DNA of 64,000 nucleotides from an uncultured Gemmatimonadota bacterium (GTDB lineage: Bacteria; 4572-55), in assembly GCA_964404765.1 (NCBI GenBank), contig CAYOLL010000005.1, positions 6,199 through 70,198 of the forward strand, written 5' to 3'. The first letter of the stretch is position 1, and every line of letters starts with the position of its first letter. A model generated the notes under the pieces. The model was not told the DNA's origin and ran no database searches. It saw only the letters and a list, made by a program, of their open reading frames with translations. Made by a program: the position numbers and the translations under genes. Positions 19,331 through 29,052 of the stretch are shown one piece after another.

Positions 19331-22300
19331 ATGAAACGGACTATGTCATTAGTCATGGCTTTTTTATTGGTAGTGGGGACAATTTCCCATGCCAATGCCG
19401 GCGCTACTTTGTCACTCGCAAAGCCAAGCGGCGGAAGTTGGGAAGGCCGGATCGGCTCTTCACAAAACGTTGTTCAGCTTTCCATGAGTAATACGACCAA
19501 AATTCGTGGTGGTCAGCTCGATGTCACTTTTTCTCCGCCCGGAATTTTGACTTTGGACGATGTAATCGCAACCGGCGCCTTAGTATCATGGGAAAGCACC
19601 GGCGAGGATGTCGCGCCGTTTAACGCAAACTATTCCTCAAACAGCGCCCGCCTTTTATTTTTTGATTACCAGGCCAATTCGCTGGAAGCATCCGCAAATG
19701 AAGCGGCTATTTTGTCGCTGTCGTTTTCCGTTTCAGCGACGGCAACGGAAAATACGATTGTGACAATGTCCATCGGCGGCGAAATTGTTGTCAATGACGG
19801 CATTACGACCGAGACTGTGGCGAAAACTAATGGGGCATTTAAGGTAACTAGCGGATGTACGCCGGGAGAGTTTACGGTCAACGCCATTGGCGGATGGAAT
19901 ATGATCGGTTTGCCTTTAGATGCCAGCCCCGCTTTAGATTCTTACAGCTTTCTTACCGAATGCACTAGTTGTACCCAAATTGCCAAATATGACGGCACGT
20001 CTTTTTTGGGTGCAATTGATTTGGGTGGAGACTTTGTGGTTGGCGAGCAATTTCTATTAGTTCCGGGCGAAGGCTATTTTGTCTTTTTTGAGGCCGATGA
20101 AAATGTCAAATTTGAAGGGGCCGATTTCAAATGCACCTCACCGGATGTTTCGTATCAAGCCGGTTGGAACATGATCTCGGTGCCACGATCCGAGCTTATT
20201 ACCGGGCTTGACTCCTACGCAATTCTTGCGGCAATCCCAGAAGCGGAGCAAATCGCAAAATATGACGGGACGTCCTTTTTAGGAGCAATCGACCTAGGAG
20301 GCGACTTTATTGTTGGGGAGCAATTCCCACTTAAACCGGGTGAAGGTTATTTTCTATTTTGCAGTGGCCCTGGTAAATGGACACCGCCTGTAACACGATC
20401 TATCGCTCAAAAATCCGAAGCGCTTATCGCAACAGCGTCACCGATGCAAAAGGATATCGCAAGCGTTAAGGCCAACCTTAAATCTGAGTTAAGCAGTATC
20501 GGACTTGAAAGCGCAGAGCGCACCGCAGATGTTGTCGCAGCGCTTCAGACCATGCCTAATATTTCAGATATCGTTGTAAGCAGCCCGCGCCACAATAAAG
20601 CAACCGTTTCCTGGTTAACTTTAGGGGTAACGTCCGATACACGTGTGGATTATGGCACAAGCTCCGGTGCACTGGATAAAAACGTCAGCAATACTGCGAC
20701 GGCAGAATTACACCGCATTGATGTTACCGGTCTGGCAGCGTTTTCAGACTATTTTTACAAAGTAACTTCAAAAAACGGTAGCGATGTTGCGACTTCTTCT
20801 GTCGCCTCTTTTAAGTCCGCAATTGATCTCGGAACCGTAACTCCCTGGTTTACCGCGGCCTCGATTAAAGACAAAACCGGAGCCGCCGCTGGCAGCGTAA
20901 TTGTTTACATGAAAGGTATTAAAGGCGGCGTGGAGTCATGGACGGAGTCCGGTTTGACAAATGCTACTAATGGTAGCGTTACACTGGATTTAAAAGCTTT
21001 ACGCAATCCAGCCGACGGTGGGGCGTTTGGCTTTGCTACAGGGGATCAAATTGAGATTTGGGTCGACGGCGGAAGTAAAGGTATTCTTCGGGCCAGGCGT
21101 TTCACGGTAACAAGCGCAGTCGGCGCGGTCTTTAATGCCGGAAACTTGACCTTGGAAGATCGTGTCCAAGCCCAGCCTGTCTTCACCCTGTCATCATCCC
21201 CAACCCTGGATTTTGGCAAAGTGGTCACAACGATGAGTTCGGCCATGAAAGTCACGATCACCAATACCGGCAATGTGGCGGGTTCTGTAACCGCTGTTAG
21301 TACAGGTAATGCCAGCTTTACAACCGACTTTTCCGGCCCGGTTACATTGGCTCCGAGCGGCACTAAAGATGTTATGGTAACCTTTACTGCCGGAACTCCG
21401 GGCGACTTTACCGCCACGCTCAGCGTTGCAGGTGATGCGACCGCCCAATTAGCGCTTAAAGGCACCAGTGTAGCCAAGCCAAACTTTACATTAGCTAGCG
21501 GCAGCCAGGCCGCGCCAAAAGGTACAGCTACTTTTGGCGTCGCACTTGCCAATGAAGTGCCGGTGGCAGGTATAGAGTTTGCTTTAGAAACCGCCAGCGG
21601 GCTCAAGCTGCAAATTGGCAATGTTCAAACAACTGCCCGTGCGACAGGGTTTAGTGTTGCGCCGGTTGGTCCGACCGGGAAAATTTTATTGATTGCCGGG
21701 CCGGGCGCTTCCATTGCCGCCGGTACGGGTGATATTGTGAATATTGCCGTTACCGTAGACTCAGCCGCTTGCGCTGGTAATTATGTGTTGAAATTTGCAG
21801 CGGGCTCGTCGCTAAGCTCGGTTCCGCCGGCATCCGCTAATATCCCGCATACGACTTCCGAGACAACCTTTAAAGTGCTGAATACTCCCGCTGTCTGGAG
21901 TGCTGCAGATTCTCTCAGTTTTACGGTTGAGCAGAACACCCCGAACGGTGAACAAGTCAAAACATTATCTTTGGCTAACCTTGCCAAAGCCTGCCAGGGC
22001 AGTGACCTGACGGTGACTTCCCTGACGCTTAGCGGAAATGAAAAGGCGTCCTTTAAACTATCTACTGCAGGACCGATAACCATTGTGGCAGGCACCCCGG
22101 CGGATGTGCAAGTGACCTTTAAGCCGGTTCACCGCGATGCCATTCATAAAGCTGTCATTACTGCAGTTACTTCCGTCGGCACTTATCAAATCAAGCTGCA
22201 TGGCGATTGGAAAGTTGCCATCGAGCTAACGGCGTTTGATGTGATTTCCGGTGTTGGCCAGGTCAGTTTGGCCTGGGAAGTTGGCGCTGGATCAACGGCA

Positions 22301-22786
22301 ATTGGTTTTAACGTGCGGCGTGCGATCTTGGGTCAGGAGCCGGTGCAAGTGAATACCGATCTGATTCAAAGCAGCACTAGCAAATATAGCTACACCGAAG
22401 AAGTCGAAGGTGACATCACTTACGAGTATTGGTTGGAAGGTCTTGATGCCAATGGCGCTCCTGTTTCATTTGGTCCCATGACGGCATCCCCTACTTTCCG
22501 ACCCTCGACTTTTGCACTGCATCAGAATCATCCGAACCCCTTTAATCCGAGTACAACCATTCGATTTGACGTGCCTAAAGAAGGTCGTGTTTCCGTTCGG
22601 ATATATAATTTGAGTGGTCAGTTGATTCGCACATTACAAGATGGCGTTGCCTCTGTCGGCACGCACAAAGTCGTGTGGGACGGCAAAGATAATAACGGTC
22701 ACGAAGTTACATCGGGTGTATATTTCTACCGTTTAGAGGCCGCGAATACCCTCTCTACAACCAAACGTATGACTATGTTAAAGTAA
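19331..22786 (+). CDS. Large secreted cell-surface protein (1151 aa) with internal tandem domains and a T9SS C-terminal sorting domain
   Basis: It has a signal peptide (AFLLVVGTISHANA) and a duplicated module IAKYDGTSFLGAIDLGGDF(V/I)VGEQF. An Fn3-like segment and a C-terminal tail (HQNHPNPFNPSTTIRFDV...RIYNLSGQLIRTL...GVYFYRLEA) are present. A perfect SD (aaggagg) lies upstream. Confidence 0.7.
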   Translation: MKRTMSLVMAFLLVVGTISHANAGATLSLAKPSGGSWEGRIGSSQNVVQLSMSNTTKIRGGQLDVTFSPPGILTLDDVIATGALVSWESTGEDVAPFNANYSSNSARLLFFDYQANSLEASANEAAILSLSFSVSATATENTIVTMSIGGEIVVNDGITTETVAKTNGAFKVTSGCTPGEFTVNAIGGWNMIGLPLDASPALDSYSFLTECTSCTQIAKYDGTSFLGAIDLGGDFVVGEQFLLVPGEGYFVFFEADENVKFEGADFKCTSPDVSYQAGWNMISVPRSELITGLDSYAILAAIPEAEQIAKYDGTSFLGAIDLGGDFIVGEQFPLKPGEGYFLFCSGPGKWTPPVTRSIAQKSEALIATASPMQKDIASVKANLKSELSSIGLESAERTADVVAALQTMPNISDIVVSSPRHNKATVSWLTLGVTSDTRVDYGTSSGALDKNVSNTATAELHRIDVTGLAAFSDYFYKVTSKNGSDVATSSVASFKSAIDLGTVTPWFTAASIKDKTGAAAGSVIVYMKGIKGGVESWTESGLTNATNGSVTLDLKALRNPADGGAFGFATGDQIEIWVDGGSKGILRARRFTVTSAVGAVFNAGNLTLEDRVQAQPVFTLSSSPTLDFGKVVTTMSSAMKVTITNTGNVAGSVTAVSTGNASFTTDFSGPVTLAPSGTKDVMVTFTAGTPGDFTATLSVAGDATAQLALKGTSVAKPNFTLASGSQAAPKGTATFGVALANEVPVAGIEFALETASGLKLQIGNVQTTARATGFSVAPVGPTGKILLIAGPGASIAAGTGDIVNIAVTVDSAACAGNYVLKFAAGSSLSSVPPASANIPHTTSETTFKVLNTPAVWSAADSLSFTVEQNTPNGEQVKTLSLANLAKACQGSDLTVTSLTLSGNEKASFKLSTAGPITIVAGTPADVQVTFKPVHRDAIHKAVITAVTSVGTYQIKLHGDWKVAIELTAFDVISGVGQVSLAWEVGAGSTAIGFNVRRAILGQEPVQVNTDLIQSSTSKYSYTEEVEGDITYEYWLEGLDANGAPVSFGPMTASPTFRPSTFALHQNHPNPFNPSTTIRFDVPKEGRVSVRIYNLSGQLIRTLQDGVASVGTHKVVWDGKDNNGHEVTSGVYFYRLEAANTLSTTKRMTMLK

Positions 22787-22807
22787 GTAATTCGTTTAGC
22801 TTAATAA

Positions 22808-22848
22808 AAAAGCGCCGGTCGTCCAAAAGGATGCCGGCGCTTTTTTTA
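22808..22848 (+). terminator. Rho-independent terminator
   Basis: AGCGCCGG ... CCGGCGCT is followed by TTTTTTTATT. Confidence 0.6.
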
Positions 22849-23006
22849 TTGCGTTAGAATTGTATTGACATTTTGTCGGCCCACTGTTAGCCTTCCAAAA
22901 GGCTCGCATACAAATGCGAGCCGAATAAATTGCTCCGGCCCGTCAAACCGTATGTTTGATTTTTTTTTCGCCCTAAAACCGACAAAATTAGTCGGATTTA
23001 CCATAC

Positions 23007-23474
23007 ATGATTCGATTTAGCAAAAAATTTGAGTACGCCTTAATTGTCCTACTTCATCTGGCCAATCTGCGACAAGAAGAAATGGTAACAACACGCTTGT
23101 TAGCGGATTATTACAAAATTCCGCCGGAAATTCTGGGCAAAGTACTGCAGAACCTGGCTAAAAAGGGTTTGCTGGCCTCAGCGCACGGCGTTAAAGGTGG
23201 TTATACACTGCTGCAAGATATTAACCAAATCGATATTTTGGCAATTATTGAGGCGGTAGATGGACCGATAGAAATAGTCAACTGCCAGCACACAGTGAAT
23301 GGATGCGATTGCAAGCAAACCGACGCCTGCAACATCCGAACACCTATGGCGATTATTCAGGATGAGCTTATCCATTATTTTAAAAATATTTTGGTAGGCG
23401 ATGTTAAAAACCGACATCGTAATAAAACTTTTGCTGTTTTTAATCCGGAAAGACACGATTACCCGGTGATATAA
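23007..23474 (+). CDS. Rrf2 family transcriptional regulator (IscR/NsrR-like) with a Cys cluster
   Basis: The N-terminal winged helix (SKKFEYALIVLLHLA...LAKKGLLASAHGVKGGYTL) is followed by cysteines in CQHTVNGCDCKQTDAC. A TTGACA-like -35 element lies upstream at about 22865. Confidence 0.7.
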   Translation: MIRFSKKFEYALIVLLHLANLRQEEMVTTRLLADYYKIPPEILGKVLQNLAKKGLLASAHGVKGGYTLLQDINQIDILAIIEAVDGPIEIVNCQHTVNGCDCKQTDACNIRTPMAIIQDELIHYFKNILVGDVKNRHRNKTFAVFNPERHDYPVI

Positions 23475-23530
23475 TGATAGCGACGGTTTCAGACGTCCAT
23501 AAAACTTAAAACTTTAAGAAGGAGCGTGAG

Positions 23531-24222
23531 TCATGGTTGATCTAAAAAAGAGGACGGGCAACTCGTCCTGACATTGGGCGGATATCGAATCGCATGGCCT
23601 TTTCGTTTGCCGGTGTTAAACGGGCGATGATTATAGTAAAACATAATTAAATTGAGGGTGTCCTGCGCTATATTTCCTTTGCAGGTATTGAGATAGGGTC
23701 TGATCATGGAATTGACCATTTCGACTAAGGCCGATGAGCGAACAATGGTGTCGAGTTGGGCGAAGGCTTTTTGTTTGTCGGCCTCGAACTCGTCCTCCGC
23801 AAGATTGGCCAGGCCCTCGGCGTAGTTGAGCCAGAAAGCGCTTTCGGATTGGGCATGCGCTTTGGCGGCGGCGCTTTTGGCCTGGCAACTTTTGTTGTTC
23901 CATTGTCAGGCCAGACAGATGGCTTGGCAAGCATCAGGGTTTTTAAAGATCAGGCTGATTTCAGCCACGACCTGCCCGGCACGTTCCAGGAATTGCAGTA
24001 AGGACGGCAAATGCTCCTGAAATTGTTGGGCGGCGGGAGTGACTTTATCGTCATTGAGGGCGACGAGCTTTTCCAGGTCAGCCTCGATAGCGCACTGAGC
24101 CTGAGCGCGGTCATGGGGTCGACCGAATTCGTCAAATATTTCCAATTCATCTTGGATGTGGCGGAACAACTGTCGGGCGGTTTCATATCGTTCAATGGCT
24201 TGCCGGGCTTGGCAAGTTTCAC
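23531..24222 (-). pseudogene. Possible frameshifted remnant of an integrase/transposase-like gene
   Basis: The only minus-strand reading frames are short and broken, with no ATG start. One ends ...LNLIMFYYNHRPFNTGKRKGHAIRYPP, resembling the C-terminal YNxxRPH tail of rve/DDE transposases. A second fragment lies in another frame. No catalytic core is present. Confidence 0.25.
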
Positions 24223-24257
24223 GCGGTATCTAACAGTTTAAGAAAGTAGTGCTGCTT

Positions 24258-24346
24258 GGCGTAAGTTCGTGTGAACTTACAGATGCCATCTTTTCAAAAG
24301 ATGGCATCTGTTCCGCCTTGAAAAAGTTCACACAAACTTACGCCGC
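24258..24346. repeat. Large compound palindrome
   Basis: The inner perfect stem is GATGCCATCTTT / AAAGATGGCATC. The outer arms are GCGTAAGTT(C/T)GTGTGAACTT. It sits in a 1.1-kb stretch with no clean gene. Confidence 0.6.
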
Positions 24347-24639
24347 AAACCAGTAGTTTAAGTTTTACCTCTATTTGTTATAATAGTTACGGATGCAGTT
24401 CAATGATCTGAAGCTATTTTGACGAAGCAAAATAGAGGGAATAATGTCATTTCAACGGAATCGCATTGATATCTCAAACGCAAGAACCGGCTTGAGGACG
24501 AGGCGTTTTCCCTGATCGAAGCGCAGATTTTGCGGCAGTCTCTTTTGCCGGGGCGCCTCAAACAATGGCATTTATCCAACAATTTTTAGCTTGACTTTCA
24601 TGGAACAACTCTCTGGTGAATAATTCAGGTTAAGACGGC

Positions 24640-25614
24640 TTACTTTTTAATTTGCGCTTTTAACTCTTTCAATTGCTCTTTCAGGTTATCCAATTCCTTG
24701 CGCAGTTCGCCGATTTCATCATCATTAGGTGCGCGATCTTTAAAAAAATGGATATCCGGCACATGAGGCGGCATGGGCATACCTTCGGGAAACCGGCGCA
24801 TTTTAAACATCGCATCGTCGTCGCCTTCGCCTTCAAAAGAGACGGAAAAATCCTCATCTTCGCCCTCATTTGGTTCGCCAAGCGTTACCGATTTCAGGAT
24901 CTCCTTACCTTCACGCATCACCTTAAGCTTTATTTCGTCACCGGCCTTATGGTCTTCAAGACTATCGTGCAAATCTTCAGGATCCTCAAGGGCGGCGTCA
25001 CCGAAGCTAATAATAACATCACCGGCTTTCAGGTCAGCTTTGGCCGCCGGGCTTTCCTTCATTACTTCCGTGATTAAAACACCTGCTTTGACTTTGAAAT
25101 AAGCGGCAAGTTGATCGCTCACTTCCTGCATGTGGATGCCCAGCCAGGGCCGATTTTCCTTGTGGACTTGAATCCACTTGTGTGGCTTCATCCAGCGGTT
25201 CCATTTATGAAAATCGCCGGAATCTTTCCACGAATGCTCGTTTTCTTCCTTCTCCTTCATCGTCACTTTCACATCAATGCTCTTACCATCCCGGAATAGC
25301 TTGATGGTAACTTTGTCGTTCGGCGCAATTTTACCTACCAGATTGCGCAAAACACTGCCGGTAGTCGTTTTTTCGCCGTTAAACGTGATAATAATATCTC
25401 CGGATTTAATACCGGCATCATCCGCGCTGCTGTCATCCATAATATCGGTGACCAAAACGCCGTCGCCGTCATATTTAAACTCTTTCCGCAAGTCTTTATC
25501 CAGCTCCTGCATGTAAACGCCCAAATGTGCTTTACTGGATTCGGCCAAAGCCGTGCCGATCCACAAGCAGGAAAATAGCGTTGCCAACAGCCACATTTTG
25601 TAAAGCTTTTTCAT
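24640..25614 (-). CDS. Secreted tandem-PDZ domain protein with Lys/Glu-rich C-terminal coiled-coil
   Basis: It has a signal peptide (LLATLFSCLWIGTALA) and two PDZ-like cores (GVLVTDIMDDSSADDAGIKSGDIIITFNG and GVLITEVMKESPAAKADLKAGDVIISFG). No protease domain is present. Confidence 0.6.
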   Translation of the reverse strand: MKKLYKMWLLATLFSCLWIGTALAESSKAHLGVYMQELDKDLRKEFKYDGDGVLVTDIMDDSSADDAGIKSGDIIITFNGEKTTTGSVLRNLVGKIAPNDKVTIKLFRDGKSIDVKVTMKEKEENEHSWKDSGDFHKWNRWMKPHKWIQVHKENRPWLGIHMQEVSDQLAAYFKVKAGVLITEVMKESPAAKADLKAGDVIISFGDAALEDPEDLHDSLEDHKAGDEIKLKVMREGKEILKSVTLGEPNEGEDEDFSVSFEGEGDDDAMFKMRRFPEGMPMPPHVPDIHFFKDRAPNDDEIGELRKELDNLKEQLKELKAQIKK

Positions 25615-25658
25615 ACAAAACCTCCTTTATAGTTTAACATTCTGAGCAATATGCCCAT

Positions 25659-26201
25659 TTATTCACTTTCGCGCCAATCCCGATTTGCAATTGGCGTATA
25701 AACCGAAACAAGCTGCCCGTCTTCCAGGCGATATTGGTTAACAGCAATAAGTTGCGTGCCCATAACCCGTCGGATATTGCCGGGATTCAACCGATATTTA
25801 TGGGCAGCCAGATAGCGCACAAACTCCTCATCTACATCCATCAATTGGTTTGGGTCAAAGGCATCTTCGCTTTGGGACTGAGACGCAGGTTCAACGCCGG
25901 CCAGATGCAGCCCGTGTCCGTTGCCGGAGTTCAATTCCGCCGGCATATTTTGCGAGTTGGCATCAAGGGCTGCCCGAAGCCGGGTAGGAAATTCAGGACG
26001 TAACAGAAAGACCGCCAAAATCATCGTCAAAACGATGACCGCCGTTGTGGCCCAGTAAAAAGCCACGCGAAAATTGAAGGAATCACGCTGATATTGTGAC
26101 GAATTCAGCAGACTTCGGCGCAGATTCCGCCGAAACAGCTCGACCTTCGGTTGCGGAAGCGTCGTCGCCTCCAAAAGTGTTTCGATATCGTTCATCATCA
26201 A
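25659..26201 (-). CDS. Membrane-anchored anti-sigma factor (putative)
   Basis: It lies immediately downstream of an ECF sigma gene. It has a single TM helix (AFYWATTAVIVLTMILAVFLL) after a ~45-aa cytoplasmic N-terminus. The ORF overlaps the sigma gene by 119 nt. Confidence 0.45.
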   Translation of the reverse strand: MMMNDIETLLEATTLPQPKVELFRRNLRRSLLNSSQYQRDSFNFRVAFYWATTAVIVLTMILAVFLLRPEFPTRLRAALDANSQNMPAELNSGNGHGLHLAGVEPASQSQSEDAFDPNQLMDVDEEFVRYLAAHKYRLNPGNIRRVMGTQLIAVNQYRLEDGQLVSVYTPIANRDWRESE

Positions 26202-26778
26202 ATCCCTCCTTGCTCAGGAGAATTTTAAGTTTATCCAAAGCTCGGCTGCATTGCATTCGCAGTGCGCCTTCCCGTTTACCCAAAATCGGGGCGATTTCGG
26301 CAAAAGATTTTTTATCAAAATAACGCAGCGTAAGCAACGTCTGCTCGTCCGGCTTTAATTGACGCAGGCAATGACCCATCAGAAGAAAGGTCTTGTGTTC
26401 AGCCAGCAAATTTTCGGCGGCTTCCAATTCCTGATCAGGTTGATGGCCGGAATCGGGCAATTGCTCGGCTAAATCATCCAGGCCGGTGAATGTCCGATTT
26501 TTGTGCCGACGCAAAAAGCCGTTAATTTCATTTGTGGCAATACGATATAGCCAGGATAAAATAGACACGCCGGTCCACCGAAACTTCCATAAATTCCGCA
26601 GCGCATTAAAAAACGTCTGGGCCGCCAAATCCTCGGCAATGGCCACATTTCCAATACGGTGCAGAATGTAGCGGAAAATAGCGCTAAAATGCGCATCATA
26701 AACCGTTCCAAAAGCCGAAGGGTCAGTTTTGCAACGGGCAATGAGCGCTTTTTCTTCGGTGAGTGTCATACGATCCAT
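26083..26778 (-). CDS. RNA polymerase ECF-type sigma-70 factor
   Basis: Region 2 (FRYILHRIGNVAIAEDLAAQTF) and region 4 (LTLRYFDKKSFAEIAPILGKREGALRMQCSRAL) are present. The start was set at the internal ATG (MDRMTLTEEK) because the longer ORF has an implausible hydrophobic extension. Confidence 0.7.
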   Translation of the reverse strand: MDRMTLTEEKALIARCKTDPSAFGTVYDAHFSAIFRYILHRIGNVAIAEDLAAQTFFNALRNLWKFRWTGVSILSWLYRIATNEINGFLRRHKNRTFTGLDDLAEQLPDSGHQPDQELEAAENLLAEHKTFLLMGHCLRQLKPDEQTLLTLRYFDKKSFAEIAPILGKREGALRMQCSRALDKLKILLSKEGFDDERYRNTFGGDDASATEGRAVSAESAPKSAEFVTISA

Positions 26779-26905
26779 TACACATCCGGATGTTGCAATT
26801 TGCGATTCGCCATGGCTTACAAATATTAGAATGCGCGGATTGTTAAATGTCACACAAAAAAAGCAGATTTTTTTTGAAAATGGGATTTTCTGCGGTTGGC
26901 CAAAG

Positions 26906-27778
26906 CTACTGATATATAAGCTGATAAATAAATACTGCATTTTCAACACTATCGGCGATATAAAGCCGTTTATTGGCATCAACCGTCAACCCACTGGGAT
27001 GACGCCAACGCGGATCGGTCAGCACACGTAAAAAATCACCGCTGCCCGTAAAAACAAGCACACCGTGTTCGGTATCGGCTACAAAGATATTACCGGCTTG
27101 ATCGCCACACACGGCAACCGGCTGCTTGTCCATAAACCGGCTTGTCGACGCAGTCAAATCGCGCTTAAAATTGCCGACTGCGTTAAAAGTCTGCACCCGG
27201 CCATTGCCGGTATCGGTGACAAAAACATCGCCGCCCGCAGAAATCCACAAGCCGCGGGGCGCGTTCAGATAACCCGGCTTGTCGCCAAAAGCGCCCCACA
27301 TGGCCCGAAATCGACCGGTTGGGTCAAAAATATAGAGACGATCCGCCTCCCGATCCGTCACATAAATTTGACCCTGCCGATCCTGGCCGATGCCGTAGAG
27401 ACGCTCAAAGCGGGTTTCATCGGTTACTGCGGCCAATGTGCCCAGCCAGACGCCTTCGTAGCTGTATTTTTCCAGCCGATTATTGCCGGAATCCACAATG
27501 TAAAGATGCACTTCGCGATCAACAATCAGATCGGTAGGATTTTGCAATTCGCCCGGACCCCAGCCGAAACGGCCAAACTCAAGTAGAAATTGTTGCTGCG
27601 CGTCAAATTTGCAAACACGATGATTGCCGGAATCTGCCACGTATAAATCACCCCGAATGCTGCTGGCCAACCCGGCTGGCTCATTAAACGGGCCGCAGGG
27701 GAAATCTTCACCGCGCAGTTGGGCGACATACTCAATACTTTGAATCGATTGGGCGGGATGAATGAGCGGACCGGGCAT
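26906..27778 (-). CDS. NHL-repeat (six-bladed beta-propeller) protein
   Basis: Six repeats of the YV(A/T)D..N.R. type are visible, for example YVADSGNHRVCKF and YIVDSGNNRLEKY. The listed ORF extends to 28027 but that extension runs through a MITE-like repeat. The start was placed at the first ATG after the repeat, so the true N-terminus is uncertain. Confidence 0.5.
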   Translation of the reverse strand: MPGPLIHPAQSIQSIEYVAQLRGEDFPCGPFNEPAGLASSIRGDLYVADSGNHRVCKFDAQQQFLLEFGRFGWGPGELQNPTDLIVDREVHLYIVDSGNNRLEKYSYEGVWLGTLAAVTDETRFERLYGIGQDRQGQIYVTDREADRLYIFDPTGRFRAMWGAFGDKPGYLNAPRGLWISAGGDVFVTDTGNGRVQTFNAVGNFKRDLTASTSRFMDKQPVAVCGDQAGNIFVADTEHGVLVFTGSGDFLRVLTDPRWRHPSGLTVDANKRLYIADSVENAVFIYQLIYQ

Positions 27779-27867
27779 GCGTGGCGCGGCGGGCCCGCAA
27801 CTGAGGCACAGTGACAGGCCGTAAAGCCATAGCCAAAGTGCGGTTACAAAATTAATCCGTAACTTCT

Positions 27868-27979
27868 CAATAACCGTAGCTAACCTTGCGAAGATTCCCG
27901 CCTGTAAGTCTGTAAAAACTCTGAGAATATTGATTTCCGTAGCAAGTTTAACCTTTGCAAGGTTTGATTTTGCTAACAC
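27868..27979 (-). repeat. MITE-like repeat, type C copy
   Basis: It carries the same ACCTTGCGAAG ... CTTTGCAAGGTT hairpin as the type C copy at 53741..53870. Its end CTAACACTTTTTGAGAA is the reverse complement of the TTCTCAAAAAGTGTTGG end of that copy. Confidence 0.6.
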
Positions 27980-28164
27980 TTTTTGAGAAGTTACATTAAG
28001 CCTGTTGGTTCTAAACATGCTTGTCATCGCTGAAGATTGTGAGCGAGGTCTTTAAGTTCGTCAATCGTCCAATAAAAAGACCCTGTAAACGCGAATGTTC
28101 ACAAGGTCTAATTTCGGCTTTTAACCGGGTAAAGTCAAGGATTTTGTCGATGTTATAAATCCGC

Positions 28165-29019
28165 TTATTGCGCAGTTATACTCTTTGCTAATAAGGCAAA
28201 AGTGTGATCTATCAAATCCGGCCCGCCCCACGAACCATGGCCTGGAATGACGATGCTGGCCTTGACGCAATGGCGGTCGACGCGCTGCAGCGCCGCCGGC
28301 CAGGCCCTTTTGTCAGCGTCACCGGTAAAGCCAAGATCAGTGTCTGCTTTGGACTTGATCAAGCAGCCGCCAAACAGTAAGCGTTGATCAGGTAACCAGA
28401 CTACAATATTATCCGGGGCATGACCCGGGCCGGGAAAGTATAATTCAATCTTTTCCTGGCCGATTTTCAGGACTTTTTGTCCGGTAAACAAAGAGTCCGG
28501 CTTTGACCATTTTTGCGCCTTGGCTTGTGCCAGAGAGTCTGACGCCGAGCCATTTTGTTTTTGGAATTGGCTCAAAGAATCCTGCACTGAGCCATTTTGC
28601 TTTTGGGTTTGCTCCAGCGTCGCCTGCCCGGCATAGATTGGAATCGCCGCCCGCTTAAGCACATTTGCGCCGCCCATGCGATCTTCGTGAGCGTGGGTAA
28701 TGATGGCGCTATAGACGGGTTTATTGAAGCGTTTTTTCGCCCAGGCAATAAGCTGCCGGGTTTGAACTTCCGTCCAGCCGGTATCCACCAGCACAGGCCC
28801 GGCGGATGTGTCTAATATCAGACCGTTGGCCGAAACTCGTTTTTTGTCAATTTCCTTCCAGGTGGTATGCAGCCAAACGGTAGAGGTAAGTTGAATGACT
28901 TCAACATCGCCACTAATCCGGGCATATTTTGACGGGCTGGATAGTGAGATTTGAAAATCGCACAGCATCCCGATTAACAGTAAAAATCCGATGCGCCGGA
29001 ACACTTGTAATCCAGGCAT
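28165..29019 (-). CDS. Secreted MBL-fold metallo-hydrolase (subclass B3 beta-lactamase-like)
   Basis: It has a signal peptide and the HAHEDRMGG metal-binding motif. An internal 12-aa direct repeat (QKQNGSVQDSLSQ / QKQNGSASDSLAQ) sits in a loop region. Confidence 0.65.
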   Translation of the reverse strand: MPGLQVFRRIGFLLLIGMLCDFQISLSSPSKYARISGDVEVIQLTSTVWLHTTWKEIDKKRVSANGLILDTSAGPVLVDTGWTEVQTRQLIAWAKKRFNKPVYSAIITHAHEDRMGGANVLKRAAIPIYAGQATLEQTQKQNGSVQDSLSQFQKQNGSASDSLAQAKAQKWSKPDSLFTGQKVLKIGQEKIELYFPGPGHAPDNIVVWLPDQRLLFGGCLIKSKADTDLGFTGDADKRAWPAALQRVDRHCVKASIVIPGHGSWGGPDLIDHTFALLAKSITAQ

Positions 29020-29052
29020 GGAAGGCTCCTTTACAAAAAGGGGGGCAGTTTT

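Noticed and set aside
21046-21621. Antisense or nested ORFs inside large genes (for example 21046..21621, 49095..49769, 54460..55137, 52941..53417, 35870..37734, 24673..25102)
   Set aside because: They lie entirely within well-supported genes on the opposite strand or in an alternative frame. They are typical of GC-skewed frames in long coding regions, and no independent signals support them.
23756-24241. Plus-strand ORFs 23756..24001 and 24011..24241 and minus-strand ORFs 23725..23934 and 23950..24222
   Set aside because: These are mutually overlapping frames in a GC-rich remnant region. None has a recognisable start context or domain. They were treated collectively as a degraded locus.
27779-28027. 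Long N-terminal extension of the NHL-repeat ORF (MTSMFRTNRL...)
   Set aside because: The extension is translated straight through the type C MITE-like repeat at 27868..27979, so it is most likely non-coding. No in-frame ATG/GTG/TTG exists between the repeat and the internal ATG that was chosen.
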